Shown: piece by piece, positions 1 to 12,804 of the stretch
Position numbering within the stretch: the stretch's first letter is position 1
Layout: every line of letters begins with the position of its first letter
Assembly (NCBI GenBank): GCA_963766715.1
Contig: CAVYBH010000008.1
Coordinates: 828,930-892,929 of the forward strand
Reading direction: 5' to 3'
Origin: an uncultured delta proteobacterium
GTDB lineage: Bacteria > Myxococcota > Myxococcia > Myxococcales > Anaeromyxobacteraceae
Length of the DNA stretch: 64,000 bases
The notes under the pieces: generated by a model
Database searches by the model: none
What the model was told of the DNA's origin: nothing
What the model saw: only the letters and a program-made list of their open reading frames with translations
Position numbers and translations under genes: made by a program

Positions 1-926
1 ACTCGATGCGCCCCTCGCGGTGGAGGACGACCGCGAACGGGGAGAGGTCGACGACGTCCCGGTAGCGCGCCTCGCTCGCCTTCAGCGCGGCCTCCGTCTC
101 CTTGAGATCGGTGAGATCGGTCGTGAAGTAGTAGAGGTGCGTCACGCGGCCTTCGGGATCGCGGCCGCAGTGCACGGACGTGGAGGCCCAGTAGGTCGTC
201 CCGTCCTTCCGGACGAACCGCCGCACCCTGGACTCGTGATCGATCTCGCCGGCGACCATCCGGCGCAGCCCCTCCATGTCCTGCTCGAAGTCCTCCGGAA
301 GCGGCGAACTTCGTGATGGGGAGCGCGAGGTACTCCTCCCGCGTGTAGCCGGTCCTCGCCACGGCGCAGTCGTTGACGAAGAGCCTCTCCCCTCCGGGGC
401 CGATGATGATGATCCCGACGAGCGGCGTGGCAAAGGCGCTGTGCAGGAGGTTCCGCTCGTCCCGGAGGTGCGCCTCGGCCTGCTTCCGCACGGTGACGTC
501 GGTGAAGGTCCCGGCGAAGCGCAGCGGCTTGCCGGCGTCGTCCCGCGCCACGACCTTCCCCCGGCTGCGGACCCACCTCTCGGACCCGTCTTCCTGGCGA
601 ACCCGGTACTCGATGTCGAGTCTCTCGGAGCGCCCCGCGATCACGTCCTGGATGGCGGGCGCGATGGTGGACCGGTCGTCCGGCGCGACCAGGGCCGCCC
701 ATCCTTCCTGGTCGATCGTCTCGAGGGCAGGATCTCGCCCGACGATCTGGTTCCACCGGGCGTTGACATGGCTCGTGCCGGTGGTGAGGTCGGTGTCCCA
801 GTAGCCGTCGAAGCTCCCGTCCAGGAACTGCGCCAGGCGCTCCTCGCTCTGGCGAAGGGCCTCCTGGGTAGCCGCGAGGTCGTTCGCCGGTTTCCGGGTC
901 TCTCCGGGCACGCGGCATTTCACCAC
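1..926 (-). CDS. multi-PAS sensor protein (probably a histidine kinase), N-terminal part; runs off the window, frameshift near 300
   Basis: Manual translation: LRQSEERLAQFLDGSFDGYWD...EYRVRQEDGSERWVRSRGKVVARDDAGKPLRFAGTFTDVT and RRFVRKDGTTYWA are PAS/PAC motifs. Confidence 0.8.
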   Translation of the reverse strand, partial: MVKCRVPGETRKPANDLAATQEALRQSEERLAQFLDGSFDGYWDTDLTTGTSHVNARWNQIVGRDPALETIDQEGWAALVAPDDRSTIAPAIQDVIAGRSERLDIEYRVRQEDGSERWVRSRGKVVARDDAGKPLRFAGTFTDVTVRKQAEAHLRDERNLLHSAFATPLVGIIIIGPGGERLFVNDCAVARTGYTREEYLALPITKFAASGGLRAGHGGAAPDGRRRDRSRVQGAAVRPEGRDDLLGLHVRALRPRSRRPRDAPLLLHDRSHRSQGDGGRAEGERGALPGRRRPLPVRGRPPPRGAHR

Positions 927-979
927 GCCTGGGCCTGCCGGTCGAATCCGCCGGTCGCGGGACGGCGCGAAGGTTCCCG

Positions 980-3185
<2,206 letters not shown>

Positions 3186-3416
3186 TCGCTGACCGGGCAT
3201 CCATCTGGATCCCGGATTCTTTCACACGGAGAGTCACGGCGCCCATCGCGCCTCCCGCCGTCCCCAAGAGGGCGGGGCCGGCTTCACCCATGAGGATGCA
3301 GGTACACGGATCGATTCCCGCGTCGGTTTCGGGCGCCGCGTCACGAGAACGTGGTACCCGGGTGTCCGGTCCCGTATGCTGCCCGCGCCGGGCCAGGCCC
3401 CGAAAGGACCTCCACC

Positions 3417-4007
3417 TTGAATCGACTCCGTCTCGCCTCGGCACCGCCCTCGTCGCGATCGTCCTCTCCGGCTGCGCCAGCACCAGCGTCACCCAGCTGT
3501 GGCGGGATCCGGGCTATCGCTCCCGGCCCGGCGCAGCGCGTGTTCGTCGTCGCCGCGATACCCGGGCGAAGAATCCGGCCCAGTTCGAGCGCGCGCTCGC
3601 CCGGGAGCTCAAGGCCAAGGGCTTCCCGGCCACCGCCCGATCGAGCGCGTTCCCGGGCGGTCACCTCGCCCGCATCCAGGTCCAGGAGTACATGAGCAGC
3701 CACGGCATCGACCTCCTCGTCATGGAGCGCCTCACCACCGAGGCTGCCACCCCGACCGCCGTCACCACCACGGTGGTCCAGGGCGGGGGCTGGTACGGCG
3801 CGTACGGGGGCGTGGCGACCTCCTCGACCCGTGGTCATCCAGGGCACGGACGTCACCGCCAAGATCGAGGTCTACGACGTCCGCACCGAGCCGGACACGC
3901 TGGTCTGGAGCGGGGAGTCGAATGCGATCGACATCCAGGGCGCGCCCCAGTCGCTGGCATCCGTGCTGACGGGCGAGCTCATGAAGGCCCAGATCCTGGT
4001 CAAGTAG
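3417..4007 (+). CDS. lipoprotein of unknown function, frameshifted; paralogue of 46818..47325
   Basis: Lipobox IVLSGC, then STSVTQLWRDP...VFVV...FERAL; C-terminal frame TLVWSGES...AQILVK* ends at TAG 4005-4007. Confidence 0.65.
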
Positions 4008-4425
4008 GGGTCGAGATCGACCGGTTCGCCGCGGACGCCGAGCGTGCGCAGCGCGCCGCCAGTCCTCGGGCGAAGAGTGGATCGATCCGATCGAATCGCA
4101 CGCCCATGCGGCCGAGCTGGTTCAGCCGGAAGTCTCCGACCAGGGTCCACACCACCCGGCCGGCGAAGGAGGCGTCTCCTCCATCCAGGTAGATGTGCCC
4201 CTCGATCGGCGTTCCGACCGGCAGAACGCGCATCTGCTCGGTGCAGATCCCTCCCGGGCCGACGTTGACCGTGAAGGCGCTGCCCTGCCCGGTCTTCAAG
4301 CGCACGCGGATGCGGTGGCGATGGCTGCGCGCCGGGTCGTCCCGGGGGGAAGGGCCGGCGAAGGACGGATCCGACGCGTCGAGGTTGAGTGCCGAGCCGT
4401 CCTTCGTCCGGGTCACGGATCTCAT
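4000..4425 (-). CDS. PilZ-like domain protein
   Basis: RSHRHR...TVNVGPGG...GRVVW...MGVRF pattern. Confidence 0.65.
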   Translation of the reverse strand: MRSVTRTKDGSALNLDASDPSFAGPSPRDDPARSHRHRIRVRLKTGQGSAFTVNVGPGGICTEQMRVLPVGTPIEGHIYLDGGDASFAGRVVWTLVGDFRLNQLGRMGVRFDRIDPLFARGLAARCARSASAANRSISTPT

Positions 4426-4679
4426 GAGCGGCCCTCGTCCCCCGGCGAGCGCCGGCGTCCCGGACCGCCGGGACGAGCTCCTCCCAGCACGTCCAGCAGT
4501 GGAGCGCGTCGGATTCGCCAGGTCTTCCGCAGTGCGGACACTTCACGGAACGAACGACCGGGTCGACCTCCAGGACGCGCACCAGATCGGCCCCAGCTGG
4601 CTCGCAGGCCATCCAGGGCCGTCCCGTCGATCACCGCCGAGCGTTCGAGCTCGACCAGCAATCCCACCTCGCGACTCAT
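4422..4679 (-). CDS. small zinc-ribbon protein, probably frameshifted
   Basis: CPHCG...HCWTC in the frame of ORF 3872..4612; ATG at 4679 is in another frame. Confidence 0.4.
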   Translation of the reverse strand: MSREVGLLVELERSAVIDGTALDGLRASWGRSGARPGGRPGRSFREVSALRKTWRIRRAPLLDVLGGARPGGPGRRRSPGDEGRS

Positions 4680-4715
4680 GGCCTGGACGGCACTGCGACG
4701 CTTCCCGGGACGGAC

Positions 4716-5120
4716 TCAATGCTGGGCGAGGCGGGCCTTGGCGTCGGCCAGGGCTGCCTTCGCGTCCTTCTTGCAGACGTCCTCGGCGCTGCCCGACTTG
4801 TCTTCGCACCGCTCCATGGCCACCGAGTACGTCGCCTCGGCCCTGGCCTTGCGCGCATCCTCGATGTTCCGGGCGGTGGGCTCGTGCCTCGCCTCGAGCT
4901 CGGCCCGGGCGACGCTGGCGTTGCCCTTCGCCTCGGCCTCGCAGACGTCCTCGGCGTGTCCCTTCATCGCGTCGCAGCGCGCCTTCGCCGCCTTGTAGTC
5001 CGCCTTGATGCTCTGCTCCTGTGACTCATACTGTGCGTGCGTCATGTCCTCGGCCATGGCGCTGGTGCCGAAGACCAGGCCGGCGCCGAGCGCCAGCGCC
5101 TGGATTGCGAGATTCCTCAT
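4716..5120 (-). CDS. secreted helical protein with two Cys-pair repeats (RCDAMKGHAEDVC / RCEDKSGSAEDVC)
   Basis: Signal peptide MRNLAIQALALGAGLVFGTSAMA; AGGAG RBS upstream; internal repeat. Confidence 0.8.
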   Translation of the reverse strand: MRNLAIQALALGAGLVFGTSAMAEDMTHAQYESQEQSIKADYKAAKARCDAMKGHAEDVCEAEAKGNASVARAELEARHEPTARNIEDARKARAEATYSVAMERCEDKSGSAEDVCKKDAKAALADAKARLAQH

Positions 5121-5420
5121 GGTGTCTCTCCTGTCGGTCGTGACGGGGCGTCGGGAGAGCCCGACCCGTTTCTCCTGGAGCGGTCTGCATGCGCCGTACC
5201 GGGAGAGGTGCGTGCCCACAACCGCCCGGCGTTGCTCGTCTCGCGAATGAACGTCGGGTGCCGTCGGGCGTCCAGGAGGGCGCGGCGAACGTTCGGGCGC
5301 GCGGAGCGGACACTCGGACGGCGGGGACCCGGAAGTCGACTGGTTCGGTCGCCGACCCGAGTTGAGCGGTTCCGTCGGACGGCGCAGACTCGAGGGAGAT
5401 TCGTCGCAACGGGGGGACCC

Positions 5421-7780
5421 GTGACCGTCACGTCCAATTCCACCTCCGATCCCGTGACCTCCTTGCTCTACGAGAGCCTCTTCGAGAACAGCGCCGACGG
5501 GGTCCTGCTCGCCCGGCTGGACGGGTCGGTGGTCCGCGCCAACCCGGCCGCCTGTCGCGCTCTCCGGCTGTCGGAGGCGGAGGTGCGGGAGCGGGGCCGC
5601 GCGGGCGTGGTGGTGGACGAACCCGCGCTCCACGCCCTGCTCGCCGAGCGGCAGGAGAAGGGAGCCGCGGCGGGCCAGCTCCACTTCCGGCGGGGGGACG
5701 GCACGGTCTTCCCGGTCGAGCTCACGACCGCCCTGATCCCCGGTCCCGGACGGCGAGAGGTACGGCTGCTCCATCTTCCGCGACATCACCGACCGCGTCC
5801 GCACCGAGGAGGCGCTCCGGGAGAGCGAGGAGCGCTTCCGCATCGCGTTCCAGACGAGCCCCGATTCGTTGAGCCTGAACCGGCTCAGCGACGGCGCGTG
5901 GCTCGCCGTGAACGAGGGCTTCACGCAGGCCACCGGCTGGGAAGCATCCGAGGTCCTGGGGCGCACGCCCCGGGAGATCCAGGTCTGGGACGCCCCGGCA
6001 GGATCAGGACCGCCTGGTCGAGGCCCTGCGCGAGGACGACTGTGTGCGGAACCTGGAGGCGAAGTTCCGCAAGCGCAACGGGGACGTCTCGCCCGGTCTC
6101 CTCTCGGCTCGGGTGATCACGCTGGGCGGCGAGAAGCTCCTGCTCTCCATGACCCGCGACATCACGAACCTGAAGCAGGCCCAGGCGGATCGCGACCGGC
6201 TCCGGGGAAACCTTCATCAAACTTCCAAGATGGAGGCCATCGGCCAGCTCGCCGGTGGCGTGGCTCACGACTTCAACAACCTCCTCACCGTGATCATGAG
6301 CTGCGCCGAGTCGTTGAAGGAGGACGCCAGCCGCGGGCGACCGTCCGATGCCGACGTGGTGGAGGAGATCACCTTCGCGGCGGATCGCGCCCGCAACCTC
6401 ACCCGCCAGCTGCTCGCCTTCGCTCGAAAGCAGGACATCACCCCGGTCTCGCTCGACGTCAACGAGGTCGTGCGCGCCAGCGAGAAGCTCCTGCGGCGCC
6501 TGCTGGGCGAGCACGTCACCCTTCGGGTTGCGCTCCACCCGGACCTGTGGCGAACGCGCTTCGATCCGGGCCAGCTGGAACAGCTCATCGTCAACCTCTC
6601 CGTGAACGCCCGCGACGCCATGCCGACCGGCGGCACCCTCACGCTGGAAACCTCGAACGTCGACGCGCCCGGTTCGGCGGAGCTTCCGGGGGCGTGGGTC
6701 CGGCTGACGGTGACCGACACGGGCGTCGGACTCTCGCCCGAGGCGAAGGAGCACCTGTTCGAGCCCTTCTTCACCACCAAGCCGCGCGGCAAGGGGACCG
6801 GCATGGGCCTGGCGACGGTCCACGGCATCGTCCACCAGATCGGCGGGGAGATCCGGGTGGAGAGCGAGGCGGGCCGGGGCACGGCCTTCCAGATCTTCCT
6901 GCCTCCCTCCGCCGAGGAACCCGCGCCCGCGGAGCCGGCCGCTCCCGTTACTTCGAAGCTGGGCGGCAGCGAGACCGTGCTGGTGGTGGAGGACGAGCCG
7001 GAGGTGCGGGAGGTCACCCAGCGTGCACTGCGCGCGGGGGGCTACCAGGTGCTGGCGGCGGCGAGCGGGGACGAGGCCCTGGCCCTCGACCCTGCCACAC
7101 TGGCGAGCGTCCAGCTTCTCGTGACGGACGTCGTGATGCCCGGGCTCGACGGTCGCGCCACGGCCGAGGAGCTGTGCCGCCGCCACCCGTCCCTCCGGGT
7201 GCTCTACGTCTCCGGGTACACGCAGGACGTCATCGCCCAGCGCGGCGTGCTCGACGCCGGCATCCAGTTCCTGCCCAAGCCCTTCGCCGCGTCGTCGCTC
7301 CTGGCCCGAGTGCGGGCCGTCCTCGATGCAGGGGCGCACGGTCGGCAGGCCGCGCTCGTGCTGGACGGTGCGGCCGGCGATGCGCTTTGGACCCCGGATC
7401 TCTCGACCGGGGTGCGAGAGATCGATCTGCAGCACCGGGAGCTGCTCGGCCGGATTGCCGGGCTCGAGGAGGCCGCGCGAACCGGCCAGCTGTCAGGAGC
7501 CGAGGAGGCGCTGGGCTACCTGGAGCGGTATGCCGGCGACCACTTCGCCACCGAGGAGCGCCACATGGCCTCCACCGGCTACCCCGGAATCGTGGGGCAC
7601 CGGGCCCTTCACTCCGCCTTCACGGTCGAGCTGGCCCGCCGCAAGGCAGATTTCGCGGTCAGCCATTCGCGGGCCGCCCTGCTCGTGGGGCTTGCCGAGT
7701 GGATGGCCGGATGGCTGAAGGAGCACGTCCGCGGTGCAGACGCGGAGATGGCGGCCCACATCCGATCGAAGCAGGGGTAA
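5421..7780 (+). CDS. PAS-PAS-HisKA-HATPase-REC hybrid kinase with C-terminal bacteriohemerythrin; frameshifts near 5750 and 6000
   Basis: [39 protein letters not shown]; hemerythrin W..DL.TG...ID.QH, HFATEE, HRALH, WLKEHVRGAD. Confidence 0.9.
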
Positions 7781-7823
7781 CGGGAGAGGCCGCGGTATTC
7801 GCAGGCCAAACCTCCCGCGGTTC

Positions 7824-8659
7824 CTAGAATCGCCCGGCGAGGGCGAGCCCCTGCGAGAGGGGAACCACCCGCAAGCTCAGTCCAGGGTCGTTGCGGTGGA
7901 GCCAGGGCACGAGGAAGCCAATCCCGGTTCCCATCACCGCCCCGACGACGACGTCGGTCATCCAGTGCTTGTCGCCGGCCACGCGAAAGTACGACACGGC
8001 CCCGGCCGCGGTGAACCCGACGGCGTAGACCCACGGCCAGCTGGAATAGCCGCGAGCCTGCGCGACGTAGCCGGCCGCGGCGGCCGCCGAAAAGGCCGTG
8101 GTGGTGTGGCCCGACCAGAAGGAGAGGTGGTCCTCGGGCACGCCGGTGCCCTGGCCGTAGTAGGCATAGGGGCGTATCCGCGCGGTGGTGTACCTCACGA
8201 CCGTCGTGGCCGCGCCCGCGACGGTCATCGCCTCGGTGATCACGAGCAGATCCTCGGCCACGGTCCGGAGGCCTCCCGCGGCCTTCGCCTCGAAGAAGTC
8301 CCAGAGCGCCAGGCCCAGGGGCACCGCCGCCACCAGGACGTCCGAGGTGAGCGCGGCGGGCGCCGGGTTGGACCAGACGAGGGCCGTTCGCGCGGTGACG
8401 TCGATGCCGGGCGGGGTGGTCCAGCGGGCGTCGGCCGGCGCCAGCGAACCCTTGAAGAACTCGGGCAGCACCCACAGCGCCAGGGTGGCGCCGGTGATCG
8501 CTCCATCGACGGCCCAGTTCACCTTCAGGGCCGTCAGGTTCACGGTCGAGACGGGAGACGCGATCGCCGTGGGTTCCGGAACCTCCGAGGCACGAGGCCC
8601 GTGCGCGGCAGGCGCGGCCAGCAAGACGGCACCTGCCGCGATCGCGGCGAGCTTCTCAT
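7824..8659 (-). CDS. PAP2-family phosphatase (5' frameshift)
   Basis: ARIRP...SFWSGH...RVAGDKHWMTD motifs; signal-like N-terminus; start overlaps the csbD-like stop. Confidence 0.85.
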
Positions 8660-8826
8660 CCCTTCAAGGTGTCCTTGACCTTGTCGATGACCTTCTCCGC
8701 CTGCTGCTTGACCTTCCCCACGGCCTGGTCGGTCTTCCCTTCGCGTTTCAGCTCCTTGTCGCCCGTCAGCGCTCCCGCTGCTTCCTTGATCCGCCCCTTC
8801 AGCTCGTCGGTCTTTCCGCTCGCCAT
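8656..8826 (-). CDS. CsbD-family stress protein
   Basis: MASGKTDELKGRIKEAAGALTGDKELKREGKTDQAVGKVK; GGAGGAGG RBS. Confidence 0.9.
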   Translation of the reverse strand: MASGKTDELKGRIKEAAGALTGDKELKREGKTDQAVGKVKQQAEKVIDKVKDTLKG

Positions 8827-8983
8827 GGTCGTTCCTCCTCCTTCGATGGCCTGCCCCCCCTCCATGCCCCCGCCTCCGTCGCGGGGCCACGAGCCTTCCG
8901 GGTCTCCGGGGGAATCCCGTACTCGCCGGCGGCCGCGCCTCTCCGGCGGGATCCGCCGGGGTGCCAGGACCTCATCCGACTCG

Positions 8984-10031
8984 TCAGTGCCGGTGGCGGT
9001 GGTGCAGGTCGGGCTGGTGGGCGTGATCGTGGGCCAGCGGCGCGTGCCGATGCAGGTGCGAGTGCGGCTCCGGACCTTCTCCCTCGCCGTGCGCGTGATC
9101 GTGGTGCTCGTCGCGAACGTGGGCGTGGTCGTGCTCCAGGGGCTCGTGCACGTGCCGGTGGGCGTGCCGCGACCGGACGAGGATGGTCACGCCCGCCGCC
9201 ATGACGAGGCCGGCGCCGATCTCCTTCCAGGTCAGCGGCTCGCCCAGGATCGGAACGGCCGCCAGCGCGCCCACGAACGGCGCCGTGGCCAGGTACGCGG
9301 CCTGCCGCGCCGTCCCGATCTGCCGAAGGGCGAGCAGGTGGAGCACGATGCTCACCCCGTAGCCGAGGAAGCCCGTCGCGAGCGCGCCGGCGAGCGGCGC
9401 CGCCGGGGGCAGTCGATCGCCCATCGCCAGGGCCACGCCGACGTTGACCGCGCCGGCCAGCGAGCGTCTTCAGCCGGGTGACGGCCACCGGGTCCCGGAG
9501 CGACAGGCGCTGGCTCAGGTTGTTGTCGATGGCCCAGGCGAGGCCTGCGCCCGCCACCGCCAGCGCGCCGAGCGCGTGGACTTCGCCCTGGCCCGGCCCC
9601 GAGGCCAGGATCACGCCACCGAGGACCACCGCCGCCGCCCCGATCACCTCGCGCCGGGCCAGCGACTCGCCGAAGAGGACCACGGCGATGGCGATGGTGA
9701 ACGGCGCCTCGAGGTTGAGGAGGAGCGACGCCTCGCCACCGGGCAAGCGGGCGAGGCCGGCGAGCAGGAGGAGCGGCCCGGCGATGCCACCGGCGACCAC
9801 CATGCCCGCGAGGGTCGGCAGGTCTCCGCGGCGCAGCGGCGCCTCCCGTCCGGAGCGCCGCAAGGGGGCGATCAGCGTGAGGCCCACTCCCGCCCCGAGG
9901 TAGAGGAGTCCGGCCAGCATGAACGCCCCGCTGGACGGGAGCAGGAGCTTCGCGAGCGGCGTGCTCACGCCGAAGAGCACGGCCGCCCCGAGGCCGCTCA
10001 CCACGCCTCGCGGGAGCCCAGGGCCGGACAT
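8984..10031 (-). CDS. EamA/DMT transporter with His-rich C-terminal tail (frameshift near 9455)
   Basis: AAVLFGVSTPLAK...ASLLLNLE...DNNL; tail HAHRHVHEPLEHDHAH...HQPDLHHRHRH. Confidence 0.9.
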
Positions 10032-10165
10032 GCTCGATGCTACCCCGCTCCCCGCGGGGCCGGCGCGGGGTACGTAGGGGCGGACCTCGCAAGGTTGCTC
10101 GCCGCGAGGAGGTCCTGGCGATAGGCTATCGACCGCCATCCCACCCCATGCTCCAGGAGGGACAC

Positions 10166-10501
10166 ATGAAGAAGCTCGCATCGTCGTCGGCAGGGCTCGC
10201 CATCTGCGCCGCTCTCGTGGTGAGCGGCTGCGCCAGCCAGAGCGGCTTCATCTCCGGAAAGCAGGACCCGGCCGTCCAGAGCGCCCTCGCGCGCGGCCGC
10301 TTCGACCTCTCCTGCCCGGGCGCGACGGGGAACGTCATCACGAGCAACTACCTTCCCAAGGCCGAGAGCGGCGACTGGAAGGGGATCGAGCGCGCCGAGT
10401 TCACGGTCGGCGTCGTGGGCTGCGACAAGAAGGCCGTCTACATCGTGACCTGCCCGGACAAGAGCGACACCTGCCAGCCGGCGCAGCCCTCCGGGAAGTA
10501 G
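10166..10501 (+). CDS. small Cys-containing lipoprotein
   Basis: AGGAGG RBS, lipobox VVSGC, RGRFDLSC...GC...C...C. Confidence 0.75.
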   Translation: MKKLASSSAGLAICAALVVSGCASQSGFISGKQDPAVQSALARGRFDLSCPGATGNVITSNYLPKAESGDWKGIERAEFTVGVVGCDKKAVYIVTCPDKSDTCQPAQPSGK

Positions 10502-10505
10502 ATCG

Positions 10506-11966
10506 ATGCGCTATCCGTGGAAGCGGCTGTCGTCCGTACTCGTCGCAGGTTTCCTGGCCGCCGTCGCCGGGTGCTCGAGCCCGAAGGACCCGATCGCCCA
10601 GGCGGCGAAGGCCGAGCCGCAGCGCCCGAGCCTGGAAGAGGTGAAGGCCATCGCCGAGGAGGGGTTCGTCTACGGCCTCCCCATCGTGATGAACTACGGC
10701 GTGATGTACGACTTCGTGGTGAACCGGGACTCGGGCCAGTGGAAGGCGCCGTTCAACCAGATCGCCAACGAGGCGCGCGTCTTCACCTACCAGGACACCG
10801 CCGTCGTCACGCCGAACAGCGACACGCCCTACTCCATGCTGTGGCTCGACCTGCGCGCCGAGCCGATGGTGCTCTCCGTGCCGGCGGTCCCGCGATCCCG
10901 CTACTACTCGGTGCAGCTCTGCGACGGGAACACCTTCAACTACGGGTACGTCGGCACGCGCGCCACCGGCACCGACGCGGGCGACTACCTGGTGGTGGGG
11001 CCGGACTGGAAGGGCGACAAGCCCCCGGGAATCCGCGACGTGTTCCGCTCCTCGACGCAGTTCTCCCTCACCATCTTCCGCACGCAGCTCTTCGATGCGA
11101 AGGACATGGAGAACGTGAGGAAGATCCAGGCGGGCTACAAGGCCCAGCCGCTCTCGGCCTTCCTGAAGACGACGACGCCCCCGGCTGCTCCGCCCGTCCA
11201 GTTCCCGCGGTTCGACAAGGAGCTCGTGAAGACCGGCTTCTTCGAGTTCCTCGACTTCGCGCTCCAGTTCGCGCCGCCCGGCCCGGAGGAGCAGGCCGTC
11301 CGCGCCCGCCTGGCCCGGATCGGGATCGGGCCCGGGAAGACGTTCGACTTCAAGGACCTCTCGCTCGAGCACAAGGCCGCCGTCGCCCTGGGCATGAAGG
11401 AAGGGGAGCGGAAGATCCTGGAGCACGAGGCCAGCGTCGGGAAGGGCGTGAACGGCTGGCGGGTGGCCGCCGCCTTCGGCGACCGGGCCTTCTTCCACGG
11501 CGACTGGCTGCTCCGCGCGTCCGCGGCGAAGCTGGGCATCTACGGAAACGACGCCGTCGAGGCCATGTACCCGGCCACCCGGAGCGACGGCGACGGAGAG
11601 CCTCTCGATGGGAGCAAGCACGGCTACACGATCACGTTCCCCGCCGGCCAGCTGCCGCCCGTGAACGCCTTCTGGTCGATCACGATGTACGACGGGAAGA
11701 CCCAGCTGCTGATCGAGAACCCAATCGGCCGCTACCTCGTCAACTCGCCGATGCTGCCGGCCATGAAGAAGGGCAAGGACGGTTCCTTGACCCTCTACGT
11801 CCAGGACAAGTCGCCCGGCAAGGGGAAGGAATCGAACTGGCTCCCGGCGCCGGCCGGCCCCGTCTACCTGGTCATGCGGCTCTACTGGCCGAAGACCGAC
11901 CCGCCCTCGATCCTTCCGGCGGGTGAAGGGACCTGGCAGCCGCCACCCGTGCGCAAGGCGAACTGA
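10506..11966 (+). CDS. DUF1254/DUF1214 lipoprotein
   Basis: AVAGC lipobox; VVTPNSDTPYS, PPVNAFWSITMY, NWLPAP, MRLYWP. Confidence 0.92.
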   Translation: MRYPWKRLSSVLVAGFLAAVAGCSSPKDPIAQAAKAEPQRPSLEEVKAIAEEGFVYGLPIVMNYGVMYDFVVNRDSGQWKAPFNQIANEARVFTYQDTAVVTPNSDTPYSMLWLDLRAEPMVLSVPAVPRSRYYSVQLCDGNTFNYGYVGTRATGTDAGDYLVVGPDWKGDKPPGIRDVFRSSTQFSLTIFRTQLFDAKDMENVRKIQAGYKAQPLSAFLKTTTPPAAPPVQFPRFDKELVKTGFFEFLDFALQFAPPGPEEQAVRARLARIGIGPGKTFDFKDLSLEHKAAVALGMKEGERKILEHEASVGKGVNGWRVAAAFGDRAFFHGDWLLRASAAKLGIYGNDAVEAMYPATRSDGDGEPLDGSKHGYTITFPAGQLPPVNAFWSITMYDGKTQLLIENPIGRYLVNSPMLPAMKKGKDGSLTLYVQDKSPGKGKESNWLPAPAGPVYLVMRLYWPKTDPPSILPAGEGTWQPPPVRKAN

Positions 11967-12002
11967 TCCGACGGCGATCCTCGTGCAGGGGCCTCTGGCC
12001 CC

Positions 12003-12329
12003 TCACGGGCTCCCGGCCTGTGCGCCGGCGATGACCCGAAACCTCCGCGGAAGCGCCTTCGCGACGTCGACGGGGAATCTTGTCCCGCCTGCGGGCGACA
12101 TGGCGTCGACCCCCGGGGAAATTCCGCCGGGAGCTCGCCGCGGCAACACTCGAGCATCGGAGATCGCGGGCGCCCCGGCCAGCCCTCGCTTCCGATCGGC
12201 TCGGTGCATGAACTCGACGACCTGCCGCCCGTCCACCTCGTAGACGCGGGCCCTGCTGGCGAGGGTCATCATCGACTGGACGGCGAGCACTCCCATGACC
12301 CCCGCGATTCCGCCGAGCATGAAATCCAT
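12003..12329 (-). CDS. hypothetical protein with N-terminal TM segment
   Basis: ORF with GGAG upstream and hydrophobic N-terminus. Confidence 0.45.
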   Translation of the reverse strand: MDFMLGGIAGVMGVLAVQSMMTLASRARVYEVDGRQVVEFMHRADRKRGLAGAPAISDARVLPRRAPGGISPGVDAMSPAGGTRFPVDVAKALPRRFRVIAGAQAGSP

Positions 12330-12554
12330 CCGTGGGCTCCTTCCCGCATCCGGGACGACACGGTGAATCTCAGCAAGAAGAATGCCGCGCGAAATCCGTC
12401 GGGATCTGGCCGCTTGTGCGGCGCGGCCTGCCCGCCCTCGAAACCCTGGGTTCCCGCTGGCCCGACCCGATTCACGTCACTCGCCCTGTCCACACGCCCC
12501 CTGGCGCCGGATCGGCTCGATATCGGCTGGATGTCCCGCGCTCGAACGACACTT

Positions 12555-12800
12555 TCAGTGATGCCCGAAGGTCTCCTCGAGGTCCTCGTAGGATCCGTCG
12601 TCCTTCCAGAGGGACTGGACGTCTTCCCATCCCGGCTCGTGGATGATCTGCCAGGCGAACCCTCGCTCGAGCGATCGGTAGTCCTCCAGCCCCAGCGCGG
12701 GGCCGTCGGGAGCCGTGTCCCGGACGTTCTCGAGGTGAAGGCTGATCCGGCGCCGGATCTCCGCCTCCAGCTGCTCGGCTCGGGTTTCCGGGATCGACAT
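12555..12800 (-). CDS. hypothetical acidic protein directly downstream of czcA
   Basis: ATG 4 nt after the czcA stop; plausible codon usage. Confidence 0.5.
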   Translation of the reverse strand: MSIPETRAEQLEAEIRRRISLHLENVRDTAPDGPALGLEDYRSLERGFAWQIIHEPGWEDVQSLWKDDGSYEDLEETFGHH

Positions 12801-12804
12801 GGCC

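Noticed and set aside
11829..11840. GGAATCGAAC as a second tRNA T-arm att fragment
   Set aside because: Short match inside the DUF1254 coding sequence; chance
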